Shown: positions 22,965-33,588 of the stretch, piece after piece
Layout of the letters: each line of letters starts with the position of its first letter
Position numbering within the stretch: the first letter of the stretch is position 1
Assembly (NCBI GenBank): GCA_963665115.1
Contig: OY762007.1
Coordinates: 4,096,001 to 4,160,000 of the forward strand
DNA: 64,000 nucleotides
From: an uncultured Rivularia sp.
GTDB taxonomy: Bacteria; Cyanobacteriota; Cyanobacteriia; Cyanobacteriales; Nostocaceae
Direction of reading: 5' to 3'
Translations under genes and position numbers: made by a program
The notes under the pieces: generated by a model
What the model saw: the letters and a program-made list of their open reading frames with translations, nothing else
The model's database searches: none
What the model was told of the DNA's origin: nothing

Positions 22965-23750
22965 ATGAAATATCAATTTCTTAATCTACCCGATTGGAAT
23001 CAAATTTCACCAGCACAACGCAAGGAATTAGCGCAGGAATTATCAGAATCTCTACCCGATTTTGAGTTTACAGAAATTAAATTATGCGAATTAGGAGAAA
23101 AAAAGAATTTTGTAGCGTTTTTTGATTGGAAGAATATTGAATTTGCATTAATTCCAGGTGGTGAAGTTACTCTTGGTTATGACAGAGATAATCCTTTTAT
23201 ACCCAATAAAGCACAGCTTGAAAATTGGAAATATACCCGTGAAGAATATGGTTTGGAATTAAATGAATTTATTAATATTTGCTTTACTCCTTTAAGAAAA
23301 GTAACTATCAAACCTTTTTTAATCCAAGTAACAGCAACTGAGTTTAAACAAGATTGTGAACGTAGCGAATTACTGCAACAAATTGCTCAAGATGGATTTC
23401 GTTTTCCAACTTCCGATGAATGGGAATATGCTTGTAGTGCTGCTTCTCGTACTATCTTCCGATGGGGAAATGATTGTCCTTTAGATTGCTATCCGATTGA
23501 TAAATCTGAGTGGGATATTCATCGTCAAAGAAATGCTTTTGGTTTATATATTGCTAGCAATCCTTATAATTATGAATTTTGCGCCGAATCTAATATTATC
23601 AGAGGTGGTGATGGTGGTTGTGCTATTTGTGGAGGTTCTGGATTTTTTGCAGCATGGTTGACTCTTGCTTCAGCTTATATTGCTCCGGAAGATGAGTCAT
23701 ATGAATATTTTTGCAATCATCTTCGTAGAGCTTATTCGCTTCTGGAATAA
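22965..23750 (+). CDS. SUMF1/FGE-sulfatase-like domain protein
   Basis: ALIPGGEVTLG, FRFPTSDEWEYAC, FRWGND, NAFGLY, IRGG. Confidence 0.75.
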   Translation: MKYQFLNLPDWNQISPAQRKELAQELSESLPDFEFTEIKLCELGEKKNFVAFFDWKNIEFALIPGGEVTLGYDRDNPFIPNKAQLENWKYTREEYGLELNEFINICFTPLRKVTIKPFLIQVTATEFKQDCERSELLQQIAQDGFRFPTSDEWEYACSAASRTIFRWGNDCPLDCYPIDKSEWDIHRQRNAFGLYIASNPYNYEFCAESNIIRGGDGGCAICGGSGFFAAWLTLASAYIAPEDESYEYFCNHLRRAYSLLE

Positions 23751-23833
23751 ATTGGAAATAGTCTTCCGGTGCGTTAGGCTAAAGCCATAACACACTCTAA
23801 GAATACTAACTATCAAATAAATATTTGTAAACC

Positions 23834-24181
23834 ATGACCCAAACTACAACAAAAACTGTATATTCATTTGAAGAATATCTTACCTACGATGATGGTACGG
23901 ATAACCGTTACGAACTTATTGATGGAAAGCTTGAAACGAAAATAATCCCAAGTTTTAAACATATTTTAATTACTGATTTTATCGAACAAAATTTTAAAGC
24001 ACAAATCAAAAATCAAAAGCTACCTTGGATGTGTTTTCGAGAAGCAGGAATTAGAACTGGATATCGAAAATCGCGGTTATCTGATGTTTATGTTGTGACA
24101 TCGGAACAGGTAATGGAATTCTTGGATGAATCTGCGGTTTGTCAATCTCCACCTTTATTAGTGGACGAGAGAGAAAACTAA
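23834..24181 (+). pseudogene. Truncated Uma2-family endonuclease
   Basis: YSFEEYL, RYELIDGKL, SRLSDVYV, then stops at PPLLVD where the VEVVSP half should follow. Confidence 0.7.
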
Positions 24182-24312
24182 TAAAAGGTTGAAAATAAGA
24201 CCTAAATAAGTTTGATGTTTTGGGTTTATGATTATTTTACTTGTATAAAAAAACAGGAATCAAAGTCAGTAACATTACTACCGACATGATGATTAAGAAG
24301 ACAAAAATAAAA

Positions 24313-26559
24313 CTAGAATTTCGCTTTAACTTGTATACCATACATCGCGGGGTTGCCAAATTCTGCGGTTCCATCTGGTACGGGGAATATATATCCCGAA
24401 GTCAGGTAACGAGTATCAAACAAGTTATTTGCATATAGATAAATACCGTATTTTTCAGCTTCATAGCCAATGCGAGCATTTACGAGAGCGTATGGTTCTT
24501 GCTTGATTGTATTATCATCATCAAAGTAAGTAAGACCATAACCGCGCAATTCTGCACGTGCGTATAAACCTCCCTGAGTACGATATTGAGCCGCTAAATT
24601 ATAGGTGAATTGCGGTATTAAAGGAACTTGATTGTCGCTCAAATCTATACCAGTTTCAGTATTTATATAGTTTTCGTATTTACTGTTCGCATAACCAATT
24701 GATGCAATTAAATCAAGCCCTGGTGTTGGTTTTGCTTTCAGTTGAAATTGCACTCCAGTAGCTTTTAAACCAATATTGTTGATATCACCTAATATTCCAT
24801 TTTCGTCAAACTGTAATACTTGATAGTCATGTATATCTTTATGAAAGAAAGACAACCCAGCAATCAAATAACCATCCAGCCAAACTGATTGCAACCCTGC
24901 CACGTAACTCCAGGTTTTTTCTTCTGCAAATTGTAGGGTATCTTCAATATCGGCACCATAATTTAATCCACTCGGTCTATAACCTTTGGCAATATTAGCG
25001 TATCCTATTAAATTAGGACTGAATTGATATTTCAAACCGAAGCTGGGAATCAATTCACTATCGCTGACTTTTACATCTTTAATTGTCGGACGAATTGGAC
25101 TTAAACTACCGTCAGGATTTATTAAATCGTAACTACTATCTAAAGATGCATCGCTAGATTCGTAACGCAAACCGGCAGACAGGGTTAATGGATTGATGGG
25201 TTTATAATCTAACTGTCCAAATAGCGCATAGGTTTGGCGAAAATCGTCTCCGAAGCGTCGAACTTTTGGAAATCCCGGAAGGTTAATTTGAACATCATCA
25301 ACGATATAATCTTTGTGTTCGTAGTAAGCACCTAATAACCATTGAAATTTCTTAGCAGTTTCCGGAGATTGGAAACGTAATTCCTGCGTCCATAATTTCA
25401 ATTGAAAATCATCAATAGTCTGTGTCGCTCCCGTACTTCCGGGAAACAGAAATTCTTGCTGGCTAAAACGACGTGCTGTAATTGATGTTGCTCGAAAACC
25501 TTTACCCTGATAACCAACTTTCAAAGCCTGAGTATTTGTATTGTATCTATTATAGCCTTCTGTATCTAGATCAACCTCGAATGGTTCGGAAGAATTGAGT
25601 TTGTTGAAAGGGGGATTACCATCGTCTATAAAGGTGTTGTAGCTATTAAAAGATATTTGCCAATCGGGTGTAGGTGTCCATAAAAGTTGTCCTCGGGCTG
25701 CAAATTTTCCCTTTTCACCTATTTTTTCGTCTGTAGCAATGTTTTCAATAAATCCGTCTCTACCTTGGTAAACTCCAGCAATTCGCAAGGCTAGTTTATC
25801 TTTAACCAAAGCATCATTGAGAGAAAATTGCAGTTCGCGACTGTTATACTTACCATAACTTGTGCCAAGTATGACTTCTGGTTCCGAACTTGCTTGCCGA
25901 GGAATAGCGTTAACCACACCAGAAGAACTATTTTTACCAACTAGAGTACTTTGAGGGATTCCCAGTACTTCTATTCTGTCCAATTCAGTAGAAGAAAGAA
26001 CTAGGAAGTTATTGTAGTCAACTGGAATATCATCGATATAAAAGGCTACTCTGTCTTGAGGGAACAGAAATTTGGGGTCATTCAATCCCTGCATAATAAT
26101 ATAATTACTTAACTCATTCCCACGCTCATACTTTGGTGAATAGTTATACTTAGCGATTTTTTTGGCGATATCTTCTAAATAGTTGATTAGAATCTCTTTG
26201 ATTTCCCTATCTGAAATCACGCTTGAATTTAAGGGTAGATCCTGCAATGGAGGTAGTTTTTGTGCCGTAACAGTAGGTTCGATGTCTACTTCGGGGATGA
26301 AATCTAAGTTAAAGAAATTGCGATGGCTGTTTGCAAACAGTTCTGTTAGTGCTACTTCTAAATCAATTATCTGTGCTTGGACTTTGTTATCATCTAATTG
26401 AGAAGCATTGAAATCTAACTTCCTAGTTTTTTCAGACACCAAAGCTTCTTGTTTATCGAGATTAATCTTTTTGTTTGCGAGATTTTCTTGAGCAAAACCA
26501 GGTTGATTTAGTACGAAACAAAATACACCTAAAATAGCTGTGTAAAAAAGCTGTTTCAT
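24313..26559 (-). CDS. TonB-dependent receptor
   Basis: Signal peptide, plug RIEVLGIPQSTLVG, beta-barrel strands, YANNLFD, C-terminal Phe. Confidence 0.9.
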   Translation of the reverse strand: MKQLFYTAILGVFCFVLNQPGFAQENLANKKINLDKQEALVSEKTRKLDFNASQLDDNKVQAQIIDLEVALTELFANSHRNFFNLDFIPEVDIEPTVTAQKLPPLQDLPLNSSVISDREIKEILINYLEDIAKKIAKYNYSPKYERGNELSNYIIMQGLNDPKFLFPQDRVAFYIDDIPVDYNNFLVLSSTELDRIEVLGIPQSTLVGKNSSSGVVNAIPRQASSEPEVILGTSYGKYNSRELQFSLNDALVKDKLALRIAGVYQGRDGFIENIATDEKIGEKGKFAARGQLLWTPTPDWQISFNSYNTFIDDGNPPFNKLNSSEPFEVDLDTEGYNRYNTNTQALKVGYQGKGFRATSITARRFSQQEFLFPGSTGATQTIDDFQLKLWTQELRFQSPETAKKFQWLLGAYYEHKDYIVDDVQINLPGFPKVRRFGDDFRQTYALFGQLDYKPINPLTLSAGLRYESSDASLDSSYDLINPDGSLSPIRPTIKDVKVSDSELIPSFGLKYQFSPNLIGYANIAKGYRPSGLNYGADIEDTLQFAEEKTWSYVAGLQSVWLDGYLIAGLSFFHKDIHDYQVLQFDENGILGDINNIGLKATGVQFQLKAKPTPGLDLIASIGYANSKYENYINTETGIDLSDNQVPLIPQFTYNLAAQYRTQGGLYARAELRGYGLTYFDDDNTIKQEPYALVNARIGYEAEKYGIYLYANNLFDTRYLTSGYIFPVPDGTAEFGNPAMYGIQVKAKF

Positions 26560-26950
26560 ATTCTAATGACCCATTTTTATAACTAAAGAAACTATAGTCG
26601 CAGGTTGTGCATTTTTTAGTAGCTAATAATATTAATAGGACTTACGATATTGTTGTAATTATTTGTTGGTGCGCGACACTAAAATAGTCATTGCTACCTT
26701 TGAACGAGTAATGAAATTTTTGGATTAATCTGCTGTATGTCAATGTAGTATATGCCCCGCAATTTTTGAAAATTAACCGTCATTGCGAGTGATTGGGAAA
26801 GATCCGCTGTCGCTCGCAATGACATATTTTACAGCATGAGAAAACTTCTAAAATCACAGCAATTACAGTTGTGTTTAAACACTGATAGAGACGTTGCAGT
26901 GCAACGTCTCTACATTGGTTATTTATTTGTAAACAAATTTTAGATTAAAT

Positions 26951-27487
26951 TTAGCCTAAATGATTTTCTAGCATCTGAGCAATAACTTCAGGCTGAATCT
27001 TTCGATATTCTTTTTTACCTAATTTCAATACGCAGTTGGAAGAACTACAACATTTTAAACAGCCAGTATGCTCGATCGCAACTTTGTCATAAAGACCTTT
27101 CTCGCGCAAAATCTTTTCTAATTCTGGCAATACATTTTGACTGTTTCGTTTACGGCAACCCGATTTTTTACATACTAATATTTTGGGTTTACTTTTGGCT
27201 TCCATGTTGGCTTTAGGACAAGTTTCTATTGGTTTTATGCCATAGACTTTTAATTTAGTTTTTCCTGTACGTAAATTTAACTTGTTAACTCCAAAAACGT
27301 TTATTTGTTTTCCAGGGTTTAAAAATGAAGCCGCTGATTCTCGTAAAAGTTTCGGAATTTTGAGCTTAATTTCTCCATTCTCAGTTATCAATTTTAAATA
27401 TTTAGGCTTTTTAAGATTATCTCCATCAAAACCAATCAATTCACCTTTCAAGTTAAATTCGGATAAAGTCCGGTAATTATCAACCAT
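26951..27487 (-). CDS. Thioredoxin-like (2Fe-2S) ferredoxin domain protein
   Basis: ILVCKKSGC...TGCLKCC; at the end of the nifVZT run. Confidence 0.8.
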   Translation of the reverse strand: MVDNYRTLSEFNLKGELIGFDGDNLKKPKYLKLITENGEIKLKIPKLLRESAASFLNPGKQINVFGVNKLNLRTGKTKLKVYGIKPIETCPKANMEAKSKPKILVCKKSGCRKRNSQNVLPELEKILREKGLYDKVAIEHTGCLKCCSSSNCVLKLGKKEYRKIQPEVIAQMLENHLG

Positions 27488-27668
27488 TTCGATTTTAGAT
27501 TATGCATTATGTATTTTAATTAGTTAGGATTTACAGCATGAGAGTAGATTTTAGAATTAAATCAAAAATCTATAGAAAAAATCAGGAGTATAGGAATTAG
27601 GAGTTAATATTACAAACTCAGATTCCCTAATCTCCTTATCTTGCAAATTAGTTCTCAAAAAAAGCTTA

Positions 27669-27869
27669 TTAGAGTTTTTTTGCTTCAACAGTTTTAGGTA
27701 AATCTTGCATTTCTGGCATATCCGAGAATTCTAATTCCCAACCGTTTGCTAAAGTTAAAACTTTACCAGATTCGCCATCAGCTTGTTTGACAACTTCTTC
27801 TTCTAAGTCTTTTTTCGGAACATATACTACTAAAATTCCAGCACCGTTTTTACGTAGCATTACTTTCAT
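27669..27869 (-). CDS. nifT: Nitrogen fixation protein NifT/FixU
   Basis: MKVMLR...YVPKKDLEEEVV...LANGW. Confidence 0.95.
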   Translation of the reverse strand: MKVMLRKNGAGILVVYVPKKDLEEEVVKQADGESGKVLTLANGWELEFSDMPEMQDLPKTVEAKKL

Positions 27870-28143
27870 TTTGATCCCCTCTTTCTATAAGTTCTAATTC
27901 TTCTTTTCGACAACCGATGACAATATCTTTGTCCATGAAGCGGATTGCATAAACATAGGCTCTTTGTAAATAATCACCTATCTCTACGACATAACCAACT
28001 TCTCCGACATCGAGCAAAACTTCTCCTAATTTTTTACCAGGATAAGTACCGTCGTTTTTAATTAGACTGGTAATTCTGACTTTATCGCCAAGCTCGTAAA
28101 TCGGTGGTAAGTCAAGTTCTAATTCTTCTTCATCTGATGGCAT
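27850..28143 (-). CDS. nifZ: Nitrogen fixation protein NifZ
   Basis: KNDGTYPGK...GEVGYV...IGCRKEEL. Confidence 0.93.
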   Translation of the reverse strand: MPSDEEELELDLPPIYELGDKVRITSLIKNDGTYPGKKLGEVLLDVGEVGYVVEIGDYLQRAYVYAIRFMDKDIVIGCRKEELELIERGDQNESNAT

Positions 28144-29269
28144 GGGAATATCTACCGCTTTGTACTAAATCTAATACCTCTTGAGTAGTAAGGCTGCGTT
28201 TTTTCTGTACTGACTCTTGACGTACTGCATCTAAAACAGATTTGGTTTCCTCTGAGTTAAGCTTGATTCCATGCTCACCTAAAACTTGAGTTACCGCGTG
28301 TCTGCCAGAATGTTTACCTACTACTACACGTCTTTCCCAACCAACCTCTTCGGGGCTGAATGGCTCGTAAGTCATTGGGTTTTGCAATACGCTATGAGCA
28401 TGAATGCCAGATTCGTGTGCAAAAGTATTTTCACCGACGATTGCTTTCCAAGGTGGTACGTTACTACAAGATGCAGTTGCTACCAATCGGGATAAATCGA
28501 GCAATTTTCGAGTATCGATACCTACATCTAAGCCATAAATACGCTTCAAAGCCATGACGACTTCTTCTAAAGCTGCATTTCCAGCCCTTTCTCCCAAGCC
28601 ATTTACTGTTGTATTCGCTGTTAAACACCCTGCTTCAATACCTGCAAGAGCGTTAGCTGTCGCCAAACCAAAATCATTGTGAGTGTGAATTTCCGCAGGA
28701 ATCGACAGTGATTCTACCAGCTTTTTAACTCGATGATAGGTAGCGAAAGGATCGAGAATTCCTACTGTATCGCAGAAGCGGAACCTAGAAGCACCTAACT
28801 CCTGAGCAAATAAAGCTACATCCAAAAGGAAACTTTGATCCGCCCTTGAAGCATCTTCTCCACCGACTGAAACCCAAAGTCCATTATCTAAGGCGAAGTT
28901 AACGCTGTCTCTAAGCTGTTGTAGAGTAATGCGCCATTGCCCTTGAAACTTAGTGCTAATTTGAACCCCAGAAACCGGAATGCAAATATGTACGCGCTTT
29001 AATCCACAAGCGATAGAAGCCTGTATATCTGAGATTACAGCACGATTCCAAGCTAGAAGTTTTGCTCGCAAATTCAACTCACCAATTGCTCTAATAGCCC
29101 GCGTTTCTTCTTCACCCATCGCTGGAATACCGACTTCTATTTCATGTACTCCAACAGCATCAAGAAACTTTGCGATCGCAACTTTTTCTTGTAAGTTGAA
29201 AGCAACACCCGCAGCTTGTTCGCCATCGCGCAGTGTTGTGTCATTAATTAAGACAGCTGGTTGATTCAT
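28130..29269 (-). CDS. nifV: Homocitrate synthase
   Basis: DTTLRDGEQ, HTHNDFGLA, NGLGERAGNA, FAHESGIH, GKHSG; nif context. Confidence 0.95.
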   Translation of the reverse strand: MNQPAVLINDTTLRDGEQAAGVAFNLQEKVAIAKFLDAVGVHEIEVGIPAMGEEETRAIRAIGELNLRAKLLAWNRAVISDIQASIACGLKRVHICIPVSGVQISTKFQGQWRITLQQLRDSVNFALDNGLWVSVGGEDASRADQSFLLDVALFAQELGASRFRFCDTVGILDPFATYHRVKKLVESLSIPAEIHTHNDFGLATANALAGIEAGCLTANTTVNGLGERAGNAALEEVVMALKRIYGLDVGIDTRKLLDLSRLVATASCSNVPPWKAIVGENTFAHESGIHAHSVLQNPMTYEPFSPEEVGWERRVVVGKHSGRHAVTQVLGEHGIKLNSEETKSVLDAVRQESVQKKRSLTTQEVLDLVQSGRYSHAIR

Positions 29270-30249
29270 CTGTGAAAAATACCTCTATGGGATTTTTTTA
29301 ACTCCCCTGAATGATTGTGGTTTTAACTTAAAATAAATATTAGTAAACGGCAGTGGTAATCAAGGAATCATTTTGATAAATTATGAATTATGAAAAACCA
29401 CGATTGTAATTATTGCAATTTTTCAGCATTCCACATTCATCCTCGATCATTCTTACTCAATAAACTGAGTCTTTCTGTATGAGAAAGAACTAGAATTTGG
29501 TATAAACTAACAATTTTCTTCACCCGGAAGATTTTGATTTTTTTCCAGCAACATCGAGCTACAATAATTTGTAGTTAATGTGGTAAAAATTAATAGACTA
29601 ATTCCAGAAATTAAGGTAATAAACATAATGTTAGGTAATGGGTAATTGGGAATAGGGGATTGGGGAATGGGGAATAGGGGATTGGGGATTGGTAGAAAGA
29701 TGCTGCTACTAAAAATTAGTTAATTAATTAAAATACTTATGTTTTTGAATCAAGTTGCAGTTGAATGTAACTTTTTTTAAAAAAGAGTGAGTAAGTACTT
29801 AAAAGATAAATTATTTTCAATTCTTTTTTAGCTATTTCTGCTTTGGGGTAAATACACTATTAAATATCTTAACTTTGGGAATCTAACCAATCAAAAATTT
29901 TTTCTAGCTGCTCTATATCAACTAAACCATACTGCCAAAGCAGCATTGGTAGCGGCCCCTTTATCTAACCTGCTTTTTCGCACAGCCACAGCAATATCAC
30001 AATTAGTTAGTAAAAGTTCCTTTTTTAAGAAATTGATAAATTTGGTATCGCTGTGAGGTGTTAGGATCATAGAACAACAAACCTCTATAATTAATAAGAA
30101 ACACGGCTTAGTTTAACGGACTATTTTTATCGTAAATGGAAACCTTGTTACCTACCTTTTATATCTCAGGAAACCCTCATCGCTAAATTTGGTTTTCCTG
30201 GATTGTTTATATTTTCTGTCACAGTATAAACCAGGTAGGTAAAAAGTAA

Positions 30250-30498
30250 TTAAAAATGCCAACATCTTTCCAGCCAATTGATTAATGACTGACGTGATGC
30301 TGTTAATTGAATCACGGTAGAATGAAGCAGAATTGCCGCAATCCAATTATCTATTTGTACTTGCAATGAACCATCCTCTCTACAAGAACAAGGAATATCT
30401 AGCTCTTGTAAGCGATGGTAAATTTGCCAGCGTTGATCGTAGGGAATCTGGACTATTTGATGCAGAACATTAAAACCATGCGGCGGTAACATTATCAA
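30250..30498 (-). CDS. Asr1405/Asl0597-family small nif-associated protein
   Basis: [17 protein letters not shown]...LINWLERCW. Confidence 0.8.
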   Translation of the reverse strand: MIMLPPHGFNVLHQIVQIPYDQRWQIYHRLQELDIPCSCREDGSLQVQIDNWIAAILLHSTVIQLTASRQSLINWLERCWHF

Positions 30499-31274
30499 CC
30501 TTCCTTGGTTAAAAGTTCTTTTTCAGGTGCATCAACATTCAGGTTTTGGTTTAAATTTTGCAACCGTGACTCTAGTTGTTCTACCCGTTGCAGCAACGAG
30601 CAAATTACGGTAGCCTCTAAATCTGGAAGCTTTCCATGTTCCAAAGGTGAAAGACTAATATCCTGCCTTCTTGAAATTGGATGACCTGGTATTCCCACAA
30701 CCGTACAGTCTGAAGAAATATCTTGCAAGACAACCGAAGCCGCTCCTACACGAACGCGATCGCCAATTTGAATATTGCCTAAAACCAAAGCACCAGCACC
30801 GACGACAACGTTTTTACCGATAGTCGGATGGCGTTTTCCCAATTCTTTTCCAGTTCCACCGAGAGTAACACCTTGATAAATCAGCGTGTAGTCTCCGACG
30901 ATAGCAGTTTCACCTATGACTACTCCCATACCGTGATCGATAAATACACCTTTGCCAATTTGTGCGCCGGGATGAATTTCAATTCCAGAGAGGAATCGTC
31001 CGAGATGGGAAATCAAGCGGGGAATCAAACCAATTTTGCGATGGTATAACCAATGGGCTAGACGGTGCAAACATAAAGCATGAAATCCGGGATAGCAGAA
31101 TAAAACTTCTAACCAGTTGCGTGCTGCTGGATCTCGCTCAAAAATAATGCGAAAATCATGGCGTAGAAGCTTTATAAAATTTACTTCAGATTGATTTTCG
31201 CCTACAGAGGTGTTTGCACCAGCTGCGTTTTTAGCGAATTGATATTTGCCGAGCTTTTCATCCGATTGTGGCAT
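30495..31274 (-). CDS. cysE: Serine O-acetyltransferase (nifP/cysE)
   Basis: [38 protein letters not shown]. Confidence 0.95.
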   Translation of the reverse strand: MPQSDEKLGKYQFAKNAAGANTSVGENQSEVNFIKLLRHDFRIIFERDPAARNWLEVLFCYPGFHALCLHRLAHWLYHRKIGLIPRLISHLGRFLSGIEIHPGAQIGKGVFIDHGMGVVIGETAIVGDYTLIYQGVTLGGTGKELGKRHPTIGKNVVVGAGALVLGNIQIGDRVRVGAASVVLQDISSDCTVVGIPGHPISRRQDISLSPLEHGKLPDLEATVICSLLQRVEQLESRLQNLNQNLNVDAPEKELLTKEG

Positions 31275-31384
31275 CGGTAATGTCTAAATTATTTAAGCTA
31301 TGTGCTATTTTCTGCTTATATCAGATGACATTGTTAATGTTAGCTTTCGTAGTCTCGCTTGAATTTATTGAATTTTATTAATTT

Positions 31385-31595
31385 TGTACTCACTAGGCTC
31401 TAACCTTTGCGGTTGTAAGGCTTCAAGATTTATTAAGGGGTATAGGGACTGGTATTTATAGGTAATGGGTTCTAGTATTTATTAGAAGAAGGTACAATTA
31501 TTTTTGTACTCACAGTTAAAGTCTTGAGCAGCAATAGTTTTAAGTATTTTATAGAAAAAATATTTAATTAAAAAGCAACGATAAAAATGTACTCA
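31385..31595 (-). promoter_or_regulatory. Three TGAGTACA motifs upstream of nifP (putative CnfR/PatB sites)
   Basis: TGTACTCA on + at 31385, 31505 and 31588; matches the motif conserved upstream of cyanobacterial nifB/nifP. Confidence 0.65.
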
Positions 31596-31948
31596 AAAAT
31601 GAATTATCAAGCGAAATATTGCACGTTTTTGTATATGCAGTTACCGTCTTATTGTATTGCGAAGAATATAAGAGCAAACCACTTATTTATATTTTTTTTA
31701 TATTTTTTTGCCTTTAACAAAAGCGAACTCGTAGGTTGGGTTAAAGACACATTTTGCATCAGTTTCAGAAACCCGGTTTCTTCTTGATTGCACAACGCAA
31801 TATTCATGTTTTCATAAAAAGAAACCGGGTTTATAAAAGCTCGTTAAGAATAGTGCAAGATATCAGGTTAAAAGCACGCAAATGTATGGTGTAGTAAAAA
31901 ATTTATCCGTGTCTTTAACCCAACCTACTAAGTGGCTTTCTAACTATT

Positions 31949-32932
31949 TCAATTAATATTACGAATCGCAATTTTACCTTTGGCTCTCTCGCTTTCACTA
32001 TATATATGAGCGGCTGCTAATTCTTGTAAAGGATAGGTGCAGTCAATAACCACTCGCAGTTTACCCGCTTCAATCAATTCGTTGAGATAAAGCAAATCGG
32101 CAGTGTTGGGTTGAGCAAGAATGAATTTAGCTTTTTGACTTCCGAATAAACTTGTTAGGGCGTTCAACGCGATAGCGTTGCGGGCTATCGCCACAATATT
32201 TTGCAGATTCGGCAGGGTTGTAATGTAGATGCCATTGGGTTTAAGGACTTTCTTACAGTTATCAAAAGTCTGCTTACCAACTGCATCAAAAACAATATCG
32301 TACTGCACCTGATTTTTAGTAAAGTCATGAGTCGTATAGTCGATGAGAGAATCGGCTCCGAGTGACTTAATAAAGTCTAGGTTTTTACCGCTACAAACTC
32401 CGGTGACTTCTGTCGATAAAGCTTTGGCAATTTGAACTGCAAAAATACCTACTCCACCGGAAGCTCCATTAATAAGTACGCTTTGTGAAGGTTGAATGTT
32501 GGCTTTGTCTCGTAGCGACTGTAAAGCGGTAAGGGCTGCGACGGGTAAAGCTGCTGCTTCTTCAAAGCTGATATTTTTTGATTTAATCGCAGCGACTTTT
32601 TGAGGTACTGCTGCGATTTCGGCATAAGCGCCTCCAGGTACACCAAGTGAGCCATAAATTTCATCTCCCACTTGAAAACCAGTGACTTGAGAACCCACTT
32701 CTAGAACAACTCCAGCCAAATCAAATCCCAGAATCATCGGAAATTTATTCCCACTAATGATTTTGAGCATTCCTTTGCGAATCTTCCAATCAATCGGATT
32801 CACTGCCGCAGCATGAACTTTCACTAACAACTCGTCGGCTTTGATTGTTGGTGCTTCTACTTCTTCATATCGCAAGACATCAGCACTGCCGTATTCTCGG
32901 ATGACTACTGCTTTCATAATCCCACACTCCAC
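31949..32932 (-). CDS. NAD(P)-dependent MDR oxidoreductase (quinone reductase-like)
   Basis: [29 protein letters not shown]. Confidence 0.9.
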   Translation of the reverse strand: MECGIMKAVVIREYGSADVLRYEEVEAPTIKADELLVKVHAAAVNPIDWKIRKGMLKIISGNKFPMILGFDLAGVVLEVGSQVTGFQVGDEIYGSLGVPGGAYAEIAAVPQKVAAIKSKNISFEEAAALPVAALTALQSLRDKANIQPSQSVLINGASGGVGIFAVQIAKALSTEVTGVCSGKNLDFIKSLGADSLIDYTTHDFTKNQVQYDIVFDAVGKQTFDNCKKVLKPNGIYITTLPNLQNIVAIARNAIALNALTSLFGSQKAKFILAQPNTADLLYLNELIEAGKLRVVIDCTYPLQELAAAHIYSESERAKGKIAIRNIN

Positions 32933-33300
32933 CCCAAGCTATATTTCCCTAAATTCAGTTTGACATTTTTTATTCCCAGACAGCGATTGCAATAACAAGC
33001 AGACTATGGGAATATAAGAGGAAATCCCAACTAATAGCAAATAATTCTCACTAAGCAGAAAATAATTATTTGCCTCTAGCCATTATTGAATCTACACTTC
33101 AGCCGTTTTTTATTTGTTTATGAAGTAAAAGTTAAGAAAAGAGTATTTGCGTTTTCTGTTCAAAAAAAAGTGATATGTTAGTTACAGAATTGAATAAGAA
33201 AAACAATGTGGGCTAGTTCTTCGCCGTAGCGGCATTCTAATTTTCAGTTTTCAGTTCTTTATATATATAGAAGCGTTTGAAATAGAAATTAAGCGGGTTT

Positions 33301-33506
33301 CGAGTACAGTAAAATGGGTTATGTCGAAAATGCCGAAAATGGCTGAGACTCTTTCCAAAACTTGTTTTGAGCCGAGTGCAGCAATACTAGTACCTCGTTA
33401 CATAAATACCAGCCCCCCAGTGAAATAATACTAGTACCCCTACCCGGAAAAAAACTTTTAAAACTTCATAAATCTTTTACAGCAAAGCTTTCAGGATTTG
33501 AGTGCA
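33301..33506 (+). promoter_or_regulatory. Three YGAGTRCA motifs, putative CnfR-dependent nifB promoter
   Basis: CGAGTACA 33301, CGAGTGCA 33373, TGAGTGCA 33499; mirror image of the nifP-side triplet. Confidence 0.55.
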
Positions 33507-33588
33507 AATTTAATAAAACTAATAAACCCAAGCAGACGGGATTTAAAAGTTCGCGAAAAAGCGCCTGATATAACTTAGACATCGCCAA

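Noticed and set aside
33573..33579. ACTTAGA copy as a boundary of the nifB leader element
   Set aside because: I found no matching copy near nifB, and a 7-mer is expected by chance in AT-rich DNA
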